DNA of 64,000 bases from Octopus sinensis (Eukaryota), in NCBI RefSeq assembly GCF_006345805.1, contig NC_043008.1:15376001-15440000 (forward strand), written 5' to 3'. Within the stretch, counting starts at the first letter, position 1; each line of letters begins with the position of its first letter. Both the position numbers and the translations under genes were made by a program. Under the pieces are notes generated by a model, which was not told the DNA's origin, did not search any database, and saw nothing but the letters and a program-made list of their open reading frames with translations. Of the stretch, positions 10,786 to 25,769 are shown piece by piece.

Positions 10786-13592
10786 GATGTGCTGTCAGAG
10801 CTAGGATGCGTGCTCTAAGGAACGAAGGTGTTGGAGCGCGAGAGAGAGGCCCGGGTGGCAGAGGCGCAAACAGCAGGCAACAAAGCCACCATTCGGTCAC
10901 TGGTAGATGAACAGGGGGCGCGAATTGCTCGAGCCAAGTAAAATGTGTGAGGCCTTTCAGCAGCATTTTGCCCGACTGTTCGGAAACGAGTGGAGGGCAA
11001 GAACGTAGGGTGGACTTCAGTGCCTACCTACATAGCCTACCACGACTCTCGACAAGAAAGGCAGGGTGCTGCGAAGGTGCCATCACGGCGGGGGAAGTGC
11101 GACGGGAGGAAGCGATGGCAGAATGCTCGAGGGACAAATCCCGGGTTTGGATGGTCTACCCTACGAGCTTTACAATTTATGCCAGACTTGTTGGGAGATC
11201 TCTTGGCGGCGGTGTACTGCAACTGGCAGCAAAACGGGAGCATTCCTGGTTTTGTGAGCCGAGGAGCCGTAACCTGCTGAAGAAGATCTAAACAAGGGAA
11301 ATGTAATAGATAACTTTAGGCCCATCACTCTGCTTAATGCAGACTTGAAAATTTTGGCCAAGGTGCTAGCCAAGAGGTGGCGCTTGTCATCGAGAAACTG
11401 GTCGACAAGGCGCAAACATGCGCCGTGCCAGGCCGGACCATCCATGACAACCTCCATCTGATGCGCTACATCATAGACAGGGTAGTTAACGAACCTGGCA
11501 TGGGTGGGGCCCTGATCAACTTGGATCAATCAAAAGCCTTTGATAGGGTAGACCATCGATACTTGGAGGCAGTCCTGAGAGCGGCTGGTTTCGGTCCCGT
11601 CTTCCGCGGCTGGATAGCTGCTTGTACAGAGGCATCCGTTCGGTAATTCGCGTAAATGGACATCTATCGAGACCTTTCGACATTGCCACGTTCGGTCCGT
11701 CAGGGATGCCCCCTCTCGGCGCTTATACGTATTGACTCTTGAGCCACTACTGCGGAAGCTGGCGACTCTAAGGGGATCCCGCGAGAATTGGGATGCGGGA
11801 CGAGCGTGTCTGCATACGCGGACGACGTCACCGTCATAGTGTCTAGCCACGAGCACATCGAGCTGGTCGGCGAGACACTGAAAAACTACGAAGCGGTTGA
11901 CAGGAGCGAAAATCAACCGGGAAAAGTCAGTGGGCTTGCGACTAGGCACCTGGAGAAGCAAGCCCATGCCGTCCACCAGCGCCTCCGTCGTGGGACGCTG
12001 GACCGACGGCCCGGTTGAGTTGCTCGGGGTCTGGTTTGGTCCGGACCTCCAAGTGGAGAAGAACTGGAACGAGATAACGAGTAGGGTGGTCACTCTCGCC
12101 CGGCAATGGGCCGAGAGAAAACTGTCCCTAAAAGGTCGAGCGGAGGTGGCGAACACGTACATCGCGTCCGTCATCTACTACCGCCTGACCGTCGTACCTT
12201 GTCCCGACCCTACCATCACCAAACTACAACGCATCCTCTTTCGCTTCTTGTGGAAAGGATGCGTCCCGATGGTCAGGCGATCCATTTGCTGTCAACACCC
12301 GTTAAAAGGAGGGCTGGGCATGCCGTGGTTGATGATGCGCAGACACGCGCTGAGACTGCGACATCTCTGGCTCTATGTAGACGACGGTGAACAGGTGTGG
12401 TCGCCGTTTGTGAGGACGCTTTCCCGCAGCTCGTCTCCATGACCGAACTGCAGTCGTGGATCAAAAAGAGGCCGAGGAAGGGCGAATGGCACCGCGAGTG
12501 TCGCGTTGCTCTCAAGCAACTCTGCCGTCCTGGGTCGACACCTAAGTGACTTCAACACAACCAAAGCATTCTATAGGGGTTTAGTGGAGGGGAGGTACGA
12601 CGACGAGCTCGGGGCGAACCTGGACGTCGACGAGGAGTACCTGACCCGCCTGTTCGGGACGACTTTCGGCCAGGGCCCATGGACAACTTCCAGAGATCCC
12701 TGGCCTGGCAGTGCTACCGAGAAGCGCTACCCGTTCGGGATAAGCTCTACAGACACGGCTCGAGAAACACGGGGCCGACCTGCCCGAGATGCGGTCAGAG
12801 CGACGAAACCGTTCTGCACGCACTCGTTCAGTGTCCAACAATTTCCGACCTGTGGGCTTATGTCGAAAAAACTGCTGTCACGTGTGGGACGAGTCGGTTT
12901 ATCAGCTGAGTCTATCGTCAATATTGTCACGCCTCTTCCTTCAAACGGGAAGGAAGAGCTATTTTCATCATCCTTGTGGCTATGGCGAAAGAATGTATCT
13001 GGTGGACGCGTCTGAAAGGATTGGAGACAAACACTTTCCTCTCTGGTCAATCTCTCATCAACTTCTTCAAGTACCACTTGAAAAGGAAAGTGAGAGTAGA
13101 GAGGCAAGTTTTGTCTAGCGAATGTTTTAAAAAAAGAGGGTGAATGTAGCAAGAATGGCACGTATGAATGACGAAGCCACTTGAGCATAGTCCTATGAAC
13201 CCGAAATCGAAAACAGAGAGTGCTTATTTGCAAAAAAAAAAAAAAAAAAAAAGAATATAAAATGTGACATCATTGACCGAGGTTACCGTGGTCTTTTCCG
13301 CAGGCTTTTCTTTCCACGGGTAAACCTCACCTGTCCTCCCCTTTACACTTCTATTGACATTTCTGTGATAACGATCCCTATTGATCATTTTTTTTCCTCC
13401 CCCCCCTTTTTTTTTTTTTTTTTTTTTTACCCCCCTTATTTTGTCCTCTTTCTCTCCTTTTACGATCCCTTTTGATCGAACCTCCCCCTTCCTTTTTTTT
13501 TTTTTTTTTTTTTTAAAACCTTCAAAAGAAAAAAGCTCTACCTTGTAATTTGTTCTATCTGTGTGCAGCCCTGTGTGGCTAATAAAGAAACA
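10786..13592 (+). mobile_element. 5'-truncated L1-clade (Tx1-like) non-LTR retrotransposon
   Basis: Frameshifted ORF2 with RT motifs PGLDGLPYE, FRPITLLNAD.KILAK, NLDQSKAFDRVDH (~11518-11556), QGCPLS (11701), YADD (11815-11826), GGLG and a C-terminal CPRC..H..C finger (~12781-12834). Pyrimidine-rich 3' UTR and AATAAA at 13581. (TCTA)n on both flanks. Confidence 0.92.
10790..13197 (+). pseudogene. Tx1/L1 ORF2 remnant (linker, reverse transcriptase, zf-RVT-type finger); endonuclease missing
   Basis: Stitched from ORF-track pieces 10990-11280, 11377-11646, 11788-12018, 11897-12442, 12506-13015 and 12679-12909; many single-base frameshifts. Confidence 0.85.
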
Positions 13593-13619
13593 TATCTATC
13601 TATCTATCTATCTATCTAT

Positions 13620-13656
<37 letters not shown>

Positions 13657-13671
13657 ATATCTATTACCTAC

Positions 13672-13728
<57 letters not shown>

Positions 13729-13755
13729 ATCTATCTATCTATCTATCTATCTATT
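13593..13755. repeat. (TATC)n microsatellite between the two Tx1 copies
   Basis: Visible tetranucleotide run. Confidence 0.95.
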
Positions 13756-14367
13756 ATCATATTGTGGCTATGGCGAAAGATGTATCTGTGGGACGCGCCT
13801 GAAAGGATTAGAGACAAACACTTTCCTCTCTGGTCAATCTCTCATCAACTTCTTCAAGTATCACATTGAAGAGGAAAGTGAGAGTAGAGAGGCAAGTTTT
13901 GTCTAGTGAATGTTTTAAAAAAAGATGGGTGAATGTAGCAAGGATGGCACGTATGAATGACGAAGCCACCTTGACTATGATTCTATGAACCGTAAACATT
14001 AATACAGAGAGTTACTTATTTGCAAAAAAAAAAGAAATATAACATGTGACTTCATTGACCGAGGTTACCGTGGTCTTTTCCGTAGGCTTTTCCTTCCACG
14101 GGTAAACCTCACCTGTCCTCCCCTTTACACTTCATATTGACATTTCTGTGATTACGATCCCTATTGATCAACTTTTTTTTTCCTCTCCCCTTTTCTTTTT
14201 TTCCCTCTCCCCCCTTTTTTTAAATCCTCCCCTTTTTTGCCCTCTTTCTTTCCTTTTACGATCTCTTTTGATCGAAAACCAACCCTCTTTTTTTACCCCC
14301 AAAAGAAAAGCTCTACCTTGTAATTTGTTCTGTCTGTGTGCAGCCCTGTGTGGCTAATAAAGAAACA
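13756..14367 (+). mobile_element. second, heavily 5'-truncated copy of the same Tx1-like element (3' ~610 bp)
   Basis: Aligns by eye to ~12965-13592 (TTGTGGCTATGGCGAAAGA ... GCAGCCCTGTGTGGCTAATAAAGAAACA) and ends at the same base, again followed by (TATC)n to ~14560. Confidence 0.9.
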
Positions 14368-14436
<69 letters not shown>

Positions 14437-14486
14437 GTCTGTCTGTCTGTCTGTCTATATATATATCTATCTATCTATCCATCTAA

Positions 14487-14557
<71 letters not shown>

Positions 14558-14705
14558 CCTACCTACATACATACATACATACATGCATACATAATACATG
14601 CAAGCATATATGCATATATACATATCTGCATATATACATACGTATATACAAAGATACACACACTCATACACATACACACAGACACAGACAAAGACACACA
14701 CAAAC

Positions 14706-14744
<39 letters not shown>

Positions 14745-15525
14745 GGAGGGGAACAAGTATCATGTTTTCTAGCCAGCAGATCTTTTGATGCAATAAGTAA
14801 TCAAGCTACCTGACCCCTCAGATCTAACCCTTATACATAATAAGCGTATTCTATATTGGTCATTTCCATATGATAAAGGTAAATCTTCTTGCCCGTTCTG
14901 TAACGAAGAACTCTATCTCATCCTGTTCTCAGAGAATTCACTTCGCGAAACTCACAGTGGATTTAATTGTGTGGTATCCGAAATTTCTATTTCAGCTAAG
15001 TTCAGTCTTCCTTCAGACTTCAATTAAAGAATATAGATAACTTCGAGATCAGGTTGAGTGTTGCACTGGTAATACGCCGACATCAAGCCTTTCAAGATAA
15101 GAATATATATATATATATAATTGTAAAATCTTTCAGGTGTTACATTTTTAATTAAGCACATATTAAGCTATGATATAAAAATACAATTAAAAATTATTAT
15201 GGGCGTAACATTCCCTTGAATTTTCGTTGTGAAATTTGACATACGAATGAATACAAGGACACGCGCACATACGTACACACACACACGCAAACTCACACAT
15301 ATATATGTATACATATACATATACACTCGCCTGCAGGACTATACTCAGGGATAAGGTCATGTGTATGCTTCCACATTGTGGTACGTATGTATTATATTTT
15401 ATTATATTTTAATGCAACTATGCAAGTCACATACACACATTTAAGCATAATCATATGATTCATACTTATACTTTTATACATATAAACAAATTTGCCATGG
15501 TTTTATAATCTGACATCATACTGCC

Positions 15526-16534
15526 TTATATATATATATTATATATAATATATATATATATATATATAACATATTACATATATATATTACATATATATAA
15601 ACACACATATATATATATACATTATAATATATTTGTATATATATATTACATATATATATATAATACACATATATACATATATGTATTATATATATCATAT
15701 ATACATATATATACAGGTATGTATATAAATATATCATATATACATATATATGCACATACATTCATGTATGTATGCATATACATGCATGTATATGCATATA
15801 CATACACATATATTTATATATAGATGTATATATATATGCATGTATATAAATATATACATACATATATATATATGTATATATATATATCATATATACATAT
15901 ATATGTACATACATATAGTCATGTATATATTAACATATATACATACACATATATACATATATTTGCATGTATATATAATATATATATATATATATAATAT
16001 ATATATATACACGTATGTATATCTTATTTTTATTTCATCAGTCATTCTCACCCTGTTCCCCTTTTACTGTTTTTATGTATTTATATATTTATTTTATTTA
16101 TTCATTTATTTACTTCATTGTTTGCTGGTATCGTCTAAGGTCAAGCTTCACCAATTTATAAGAATGTCTTCGCCACTGAACCGAAACAATCTATAATGCC
16201 GGAACTTCTTGTTTACTTTTTTTTTCTTTATGCTTATTTATTCTTTTTTGTTATTTTCTTAAAATTATTTAAGTTTGTTTCCTTATAGTTTCACGTTGAC
16301 TCACAGTTTACACAAACACACGTGCACACACATACACAATCACTTAGAAACATACACACACATTTATATATGCACACACACACACGTTCACTCAAATAAA
16401 TGTGTAGACGCAAATACACACGTATCAACGTATTCAAAACGTACACATATATACATACATATACTTACATAGACATTTATATACACACATATCTAACATA
16501 CATGTACATACATCTCTCTATCTCTATCTCTATC

Positions 16535-16573
<39 letters not shown>

Positions 16574-16580
16574 ATAATAT

Positions 16581-16612
<32 letters not shown>

Positions 16613-17170
16613 CATTGATGTATGTATGTATGTATTCACATATTTGTGTGAATATATATAGATATATGTATATACACATATATGCATACGCGCATATACA
16701 CACATACCTAACATACATCTACATACATCTCTCTGTCTCTATCTTAGACTCTGTCTCTGTCTGTCTGTCTGTCTCTTTATATGTATATATATGTATGCAT
16801 AAATGTATGTATGTATTCACCTATTTGTATATATCTATATATATATTCACAAATAGGTGAATACATACATACATTTATGCATATATATATGTATGCATAA
16901 ATGTATGTATTCACCTATTTGTATGTATATATATATATATACACAAATAGGTGAATACATACATACATTTATGCATACATATATATACATATATAGAGAC
17001 AGACAGATGTATGTAGATGTATATATATATATAGATGTATATACACATATATGCATACACGCATATATATATACATATATATCTGAATATATACATGCGT
17101 GTGTGTGTGTGTTTACATATATGTATGCAAATATACACACACACATATATATATATGTATATATATCTTT
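15526..17170. repeat. TA/CA-rich compound microsatellite field with higher-order repeats
   Basis: Visible low-complexity DNA; includes an alternating inverted 35-bp unit at 16791-16980. Confidence 0.85.
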
Positions 17171-17291
17171 ATTCACCATAACATTAACTGTCAAAGACAA
17201 TCATATAAAAAGTACGTCATCATTAAGAGTTTTCATCCATTGCGTGCAATTAACCGTGCGAATCTTAAGACAGATATTAATGTATAACCCT

Positions 17292-17331
<40 letters not shown>

Positions 17332-17929
17332 CCGTCCGTTTGATTTTAATTTTATATTCGTTTTTTTTTATTTTGTCCTTTTTGCTTCTTTCTTTCCAGC
17401 TTTGCAATTTTTTTGCGACTGATTTCTTTTTACAAGTTTAGATTGAGTAAGAAAGGAAGAAGGAGAAAAAAAAATATAATCTACCTAGCAATTCCGATCA
17501 TTGTCTGAGTATTGGAATTTATGTTTTCGTATATGTGTATAACGCAAAAATATTTATGTTTGTGGTTAACAGTGAAAGGGCAGTAATGATGGCGTCTACG
17601 TAGATTTTCTATATATGTGTAAGCAGCGCATATTGTTTCCTGTATTATATGGTCTTGTACACCTAGATATACATTCAACACACAAATTTAGAGACTCATT
17701 TATAAAAACCTGTAAAAGTGTGTGTGCAGTTGTGTATTTATAAATTTTTGTGTCTGTATCTGTTGATGTGTCTATCTTACACAGATACGTTTTTTTTTTT
17801 GGCATATATTTCTCAGCGCAAAGTAAGTCTCCAGTGTATCTATGTGCGTGCCAGTTCGTGAATTCTTCAATGTTATTACAGCCATCCATAAATCAACTGA
17901 TATTTTAGAGAAGTACATATATTACGTAT

Positions 17930-18600
<671 letters not shown>

Positions 18601-21407
18601 ACTTTGTGGGAGGGGGAAAGATGGGTTATTTCCAATGCAGAACTCAACCCGAACTTTAGGCTATCTACCCTCTTGACTGATAATCTTAAGTGATACCCAA
18701 AATCTTCAGGTGTAGAAAATTCAGATGTTACAACAGTAAAGCCGTTGTGTAAAGACTTCAGGTTTTACACCGGTAAAATCCGATGTGTAGGTCTGGCGGA
18801 GAGTAAAATATAATCCAATATAAGAAGACAAAGAAAGCGTCCGTCACATCCTTAATAATTAGTTATAATTGTTTCTGAAGAAACTCATTTTTCGATAGCA
18901 TTCCATGCAAGATTACCTCCTGCGCTGAGCGTACTTTTGAAGCAGGTTTATATAAAACGCAAATATGATGTGACCTTTCTACATAGAACCTTAACGTGAA
19001 CTGGCTTTGTAATCAGAGTTGGTACAGAAACAACTGTAACTGGTCATTAAAGATATGACCAACTTTTTCTTCATTTTTGGCTTATATATATATATATATA
19101 TATTAATATATATATATATGCATGTGTGTGTATGTATTTCTGTGTGTGTGGTTGTGTATGTGTGTATGTGTTTGTGCGTGCGAAGTCTAGATGAGTATCA
19201 CTGCATTTTTTCGCTTTTTCGACATCATGAACAGACCGCATTTCAAGACAAAATTCGTTGCCACTGTAATGTTGCGCACTACGAATTTTTATTCAACTGA
19301 TCAACATGTTTTCTTTGTCAGTAGTGACGGATTTTTTGCTGCCATTTGTTTTCCTCGCGGGGCGCATGATGCTGATGAAGCTTCAAAAGGTAGAAATGCG
19401 CAGACAATACTATCCAACGAAATTTCGTCTGGCATTCACATATCTTTGTTTTATTTAACACAGTACGTCGATAAGAAATATTATCCCTGAACGAATATCG
19501 CGGTTAACCTGACGTTTACGACGTATTTGCATTAAGTATGAAGTAGAGATCGTTATCTAAATCTAATAATCTAATATTGATTCCACTGCACGCAACGAAT
19601 TTAGACTTAAATGGGATATAATACGGAAAGCGCAGCCTTAATGAGATAGTCGATGCGACTGTGAGCTGTGCTCTATGGACACCTGTGAGATTTTTAAGTA
19701 TAGGAACAAGAACAACCTGATTAATAATAGATTAAACCTAAGGGTATCAGGTATGCATAGCGACTCACACACACATTTAAGTATTTTCGAATCTAACGAT
19801 TATTGGTGCCATACTTGGACTTTGATGGTGGAAATTTATTTTGGTGTCGTATCCGTTGTAAACTTAACCTCTAGTATTAAATATAATATAATCATGGGAT
19901 ATTATGTTATATGGTGAATTAAATTGCATTACATATGCTATAAGCTATGTGCTATGGTATGTGGTGTGCTATATATAATACTGTCCCATAATAACCCCTG
20001 CCTATTTAGTCTGACTATTTTGGTGATTACACTATTTTCCTTTCTATGATATTCTACCTAACTAGTCATATTATCTATATTTTTATTGGCTTTATATATA
20101 ACTACGTCTCCTTTCGACTAAATCATATACTAACTAGAAACTAAAAATTCATACACACAATAGCGTTGTAACATTACAACATATAAAATCTCTTCTTTAA
20201 CTGCCCTCACTACTTCCATATTATCCCCTCTTTTCGGGTTAACTTCATGTCTTCCCTACCTCTCATGTTAATCCCCTGTCTCTTTATATGTAGCTTATAT
20301 GTATTTCTTATTATTTCCTATAAATTCTTATTTTGTTTTCTTAATTTGATATCCTTACTTATTAACCTCTTATCCATTACAAATTATTTTTCTTGTTCCA
20401 AAATAGATATTTTCCCAATACTTAAGTTTATGCGAGATGGTTATACTATATCCATATAAACATATAAATATTTGTGTATGTGTATATATGTATATAGGCA
20501 CATATATATTTGTACACATCTTTACTGATTTCCGATTCATGGCTTGAAATTAATAGATAGCATGTATATCTTTCTAGTTATTCCATAAATGCCCTGAGCA
20601 GTCTTTATAGAAACCAACAAATAAGTAATTAATTAAGTACATGAATGAATATTAAACTGATTCTACGTAGTCTTCCCTTTTTAATATTTATAATTGATAT
20701 ATACACACCTCTTACCTATTTTCGTTATCATTTTTGAGATTCTTAAATTTTATTTTTTATGCAACATAATATTTTTTATAAGCAATCACACATAGTACTC
20801 CAAAATAAAGTTTCCTCTATATTAACATCTTAGGGGTCTTAGCGTCTTGCCTCTTTAACTGGTAAATAACATCATGATTTACGCTGACTCTTTTTATAGA
20901 CAGTTACTTATATCCACCTGATTACCCCCAATGTCTTATTTCCTTCTTGATGAAAAGAGATACATGTAATAATATTTATGATGATACCTAGCCATGAACT
21001 GTCAACTTACTTTTGTCCTTTATTCAAATAGACAGTATTCTAGTCTTAAATTTTGCAGTTGGTAAAGAGATAAATGAATTAGAAGTGAATTACAATCACT
21101 TACTATGACCCCACTAGGCTTCATGCGATTATTGGAATTGTAGTTTATTCTTAGCAACAATAGCGACAACATGAATTTCTTCTATCTTCTTGGTCAGTTA
21201 AAGTATTTGAGAAAAATTATATTAAAGTGTCCCATATCTAAAATTCAATTTATTTATTTGTGCAGCTGAAGATGGTACTGCATTTAAATTCATGTAATGA
21301 TTGCATTGTTCAATTTATATGGAGCCGCTTGGTGTGTGCATGTGTGTGTGATCCTGCGTGTGTATGCATGCACACACGTTCCTTCACACACATACAAATA
21401 CAAATAT

Positions 21408-21451
<44 letters not shown>

Positions 21452-21455
<4 letters not shown>

Positions 21456-21615
21456 CGCAGGAGTGGCTGTGTGGTAAGTAGTTTGCTAACCAACCACATG
21501 GTTCCGGGTTCAGTCCCACTGCGTGGCATCTTGGGCAAGTGTCTTCTGCTATAGCCCCGGGCCGACCAATGCCTTGTGAGTGAATTTGGTAGACGGAAAC
21601 TGAAAGAAGCCTGTC

Positions 21616-21650
<35 letters not shown>

Positions 21651-21876
21651 TGTGTGTGTGTGTGTGTTTGTCCCCCTGGCATTGCTTGACAACCGATGCT
21701 GGTGTGTTTAGGTCAGCGTCACCTAGCGGTTCGGCAAAAGAGACCGATACAATAAGTACTGGGCTTACAAATAATAAGTCCCGGGGTCGATTTGCTCGCC
21801 TAAAGGTGGTGCTCCAGCATGGCCGCAGTCAAATGACTGAAACAAGTAAAAGAGTAAAAAAAAAGAGTAAAGAGTA
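21452..21876 (+). mobile_element. SINE family A, full length
   Basis: TAGGCGCAGGAGTGGCTGTGTGGTAAG head, GGTTCAGTCCC B-box-like, (GTAAAAGA)n tail. Confidence 0.92.
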
Positions 21877-22802
21877 AATATATATATCATATATTTTTCA
21901 GTCATTACACTGCCGTCATGCTGGTGCGCAGCCTCCAAGATTTTAGTCGAATGAAAGTAGGTGTGTGTGTGTCTCTTTGTGTGTGTATGTATGTATATGT
22001 GTGTGAAATTGATAAAATATAAACTATTTAGGTTTAAAATCTAGTTTCGTTTTAATTCAGATACCGATGAATTCAAGGCAAAACATTTAATTACAGTCAA
22101 CATTCAATTTGCATCGCTGAATGAATTTTCCGTTTGCTGCTTTAGTTTCTATCATGCAGCAGGACTGATTCATTGCATGTAACTATATGTAAGGAAAGAT
22201 AAGAAAGTCCAATGAACTTTCTAGTACAAAAGACAAATAAAACAAGTAGGGATGCTGGTATAGCAAGAGAGTAAAAGCGCTGTAGGATAAATGAGAAACC
22301 TATTTCATTAACAGTTATGAGACAAATGAAAAAGAATAAACGAGACGACTCAAATCATGAGAAATCATTTAGACAGTATGAAGCTCATCAGTTGGAATAA
22401 ATTCAAGAGATTGAAATTCTTAAGTGTTACTCACAAAAGCATATTTATATATATATATAAAGTTAATCCTAACATGAAAGTACAAAAAAACACAACAACG
22501 CGAGGACGTGGAACAAATATAGCATTATTGGACGCTCAGGAAAGAAGGAAAGAAGGAGGGTTTAACGTTTCGAGCGGAGGTCTTCGTCGGAAACAAAGGA
22601 GAAGGAAAGATCCAGAGAAGGGAAGACAGAGGAAATAAAATCGCCAACGGTACACACGCGGTGTGAGTTTGTGTGTGTGTTGTAAGAAAAGGTAGGGGCA
22701 AAATTTCGATTAGTGAGTTGTAATTCCAAATATATATATATATGTAAACTAGAAGGTAAATGCACACGGTTTAGATTGTTTTAATATACTTTTCAATATA
22801 TC

Positions 22803-23523
22803 TTATAAGTGAAAGAATGTTGTGTTTGTTGACCAGTTTCGCTTTCGCTAATCATGACGTTGAAATGACTTATTTTTCAGGACAAGGGAAGTCATTGTTC
22901 ATTTATTTGGTGTGGTGGGGGATAAATAGATATACAAAAGCTGAATCAGTATAATGTATTATGTATAGTGATGGGCTTGTGATCATGAATTAAAATATAT
23001 ACTAAAACCAAAGTTGGTTATGCGTTCATATTTAAGCATTTTCTATAATTTTTAATAGATTTTCTTTATTTAAACGTCCCTGCACAGAAATTGTTTCTTT
23101 GTACTGCTAGATAGGGAAAGCTGTGATGTTTGGTTGGATAATAACTGTTCATTTCTCTATGAGTTCACTCAAAGGAATCTATACAGAATACGCCTAAACA
23201 TAAGCGCATAACCAACTTTGGGTTCAATATATATTTTAATTCATGACCCCATACCCATCAATATACATATCACTACTTAAGCTTTTGAGTTTTGTATATT
23301 TATTTATACCTCCCACCAAAAATTGAGCAATAACCCCCTGTCCCGGAAAATAAGGAACACTAATTACTTCCCCTTAGATTTTTCTACTTGTCGATTCATT
23401 CACAAACTTCCATACAAATATGGACTAAAATCTTCTTAAGAATATACGGCATTACACTAATTTCAATGTCATGATTAGCGGAAGCGAAACCGGTCGACAA
23501 ACACAATAATCTTTAGCTTATAA
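22803..23523. mobile_element. old fold-back / long-TIR element (~720 bp)
   Basis: Outer ~63-bp inverted repeat (TTATAAG..TTGTGTTTGT.GACC.GTTTCGCTT.CGCTAATCATGAC.TTGAAAT); inverted homology continues inward (CATGAATTAAAATATATA..CCAAAGTTGGTTATGCG) to ~23050 and ~23170. Confidence 0.7.
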
Positions 23524-23598
23524 AATATATTAAAAAACACAAAAGAACTCTGTAAACTTAGCGTATTTCCTTCTTTTATTTTACACACACACACACAC

Positions 23599-23642
<44 letters not shown>

Positions 23643-24097
23643 TGATATGTCCCAGTAGATTCGAACGCTACATGCTAAAATGCATTAAGAATGACAAATT
23701 ACGTCATTGTTTTGATTTTCACTGTTCTCTGTCTGCGTTGCAATTCAAATTTATTATTTTATACTCTGTCGAAATGTGTTTTTAAACATGTTATTATTTC
23801 TATAAAGACGCCTGAAACTTCTCGTTATATATTTAGTGAGGTAGCTTTGGCATTGATATCCGTGCAAACTAACATCAAACCTAAATATCGTTCTGTAATC
23901 GCATACACATTATAACTTTTATAACTCGTGATGGTTATTGTAACTATTCTACGCCTTCTGAAGAGTAAAGCTCACACATATAAATTATATGTTAACTAAT
24001 CAGCGAACAATCACATCCAGACATATTTATGTATACACATGCGTATGTTGTGTGTGTGTTTGTGTGTGCGTGTGTGTATGTGTGTATGTGTGTGTGT

Positions 24098-24335
24098 ATA
24101 TATATTTTACGTACACACACACACACATATATATATACACAAATATACATACCATATATAAATATACATTTATGCTCGCATATAACATGTACATATGTGC
24201 ATGTGTGTATGTATACTTATATATATTTTACGTACACACACACATATATATACACAAATATACATACCATATATAAATATACATTTATGCACGCATATAA
24301 CATGTATATATGTGCATGTGTGTATGTATACTTAT
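24098..24335. repeat. ~118-bp tandem duplication of TA/CA-rich sequence
   Basis: TATATTTTACGTACACAC...TGTGCATGTGTGTATGTATACTTA occurs twice in tandem. Confidence 0.75.
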
Positions 24336-25769
24336 ATATATATTTGTGTGTGTGAGTATGTGTGTGTGTGTGTGAAATAACTAATACATCAAACGTGTCG
24401 TGAAGTCTTCTTGCTTTCATTTTTACCTTGGTAACTGCAATTCTCACTAAATATTATAATATCATAATATGGAAACTTATATTATAGTTACCAAACAAAC
24501 GTATACATGCACGTACGCACACACCGAATGCATAAACACTCACATGCAGGTACGTAGAAACGAAGCTCACACTCTGACAGACATACACAAGAGTCGTATA
24601 TTTAGTCTTTGTTTTATGTATCCGAATGTATGTATCTGTGTACAACTGCGTAAGAGAGAAACAGAGTTAGTGAGTTTGTGTGTATTTAGCTGTCTTTTGA
24701 CAATGCTTAATCTTCGCTAGCAGTCTGCGTCTATTTTACAAGGCACGAAACGGCATAAAACAAGATTAAAGTTGCATCAAATGGATATTCTGTCCTCGTT
24801 GGCTGTCACTATATGTTGTTCATATAATTTTTCTCTCAGCATAATCGTTTCAAACAGCCTATTCAACTTGTGTAAAAATATGAATGCTTAATTATAGGAA
24901 TGTGATAGGTCTCCATATGATATGAAATTCTAGCGGTCCTTCTCATAAAATCAGTGAAGCGTTTTGAATAATAGACTTGTCTGTGTTTTATAAGGTTTTG
25001 TACTTACCATTTAGGCGTCGCGAGTTTCGCCATTTTCAACATCTCTTGTAGATGGAAATGACATAAAGATCAATGAAGCATCTGCTAATACAAATACAAT
25101 TCTGCGAGTGTATACTTGCATGTATACTTGTACAGATATATACACACATACATACTTATACATATGTGTATATATATATACACAAACACACACACCTACA
25201 TCTCGTATCTGTACACCGGTGCCAATTTTGTATTAGTCTGAAAACAAGAAATGTAAATTGATACGAAATGTGATTTAGAATTATTGTATTTATTTTGTCC
25301 TATGTTGTTCCTTCTGACCTACATTGAAAATATCCATATCTCTCTCCAAAATTACCTTCAAAGTAAAATAGAAACAAAAGCGGAATGAAAAAGAGAAATA
25401 ACTGGTTGGGAATCAAATCTTTGAGTCATAAAAATTCTTCAACGTTTTTTCTGCGCTCCGTCATTTTTGCTTATAGTAGAATATTTGGACGTTTATTCAC
25501 AGGCTATTTTCACTCATTTTGTTTCTTTCATGTTTTCAAGCTGCATGTTCTCAATTCTAATGTCTCTGCAAGCACATTGCAATTCCTTTGAGGGACCGTA
25601 ATGTGTTTGGGACATTTATATTTGCAAAAGTTGTCTTAGATATTAAATCTGTTCTTAAAATTCCACTTTTAAATATCATATCTTCAAAATGTCTGTCGTC
25701 GATTTCAAATAACATGAATAAGGGAAAAGAATGTATTTAATTATTTGAAATTTAATTCGTGCATATTTT

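Noticed and set aside
19361-19401. CTGATGA...GAAA hammerhead-like words with GCGCAT/ATGCGC pairing
   Set aside because: Position 17 would be G, no stem I can form and stem II is not convincing.
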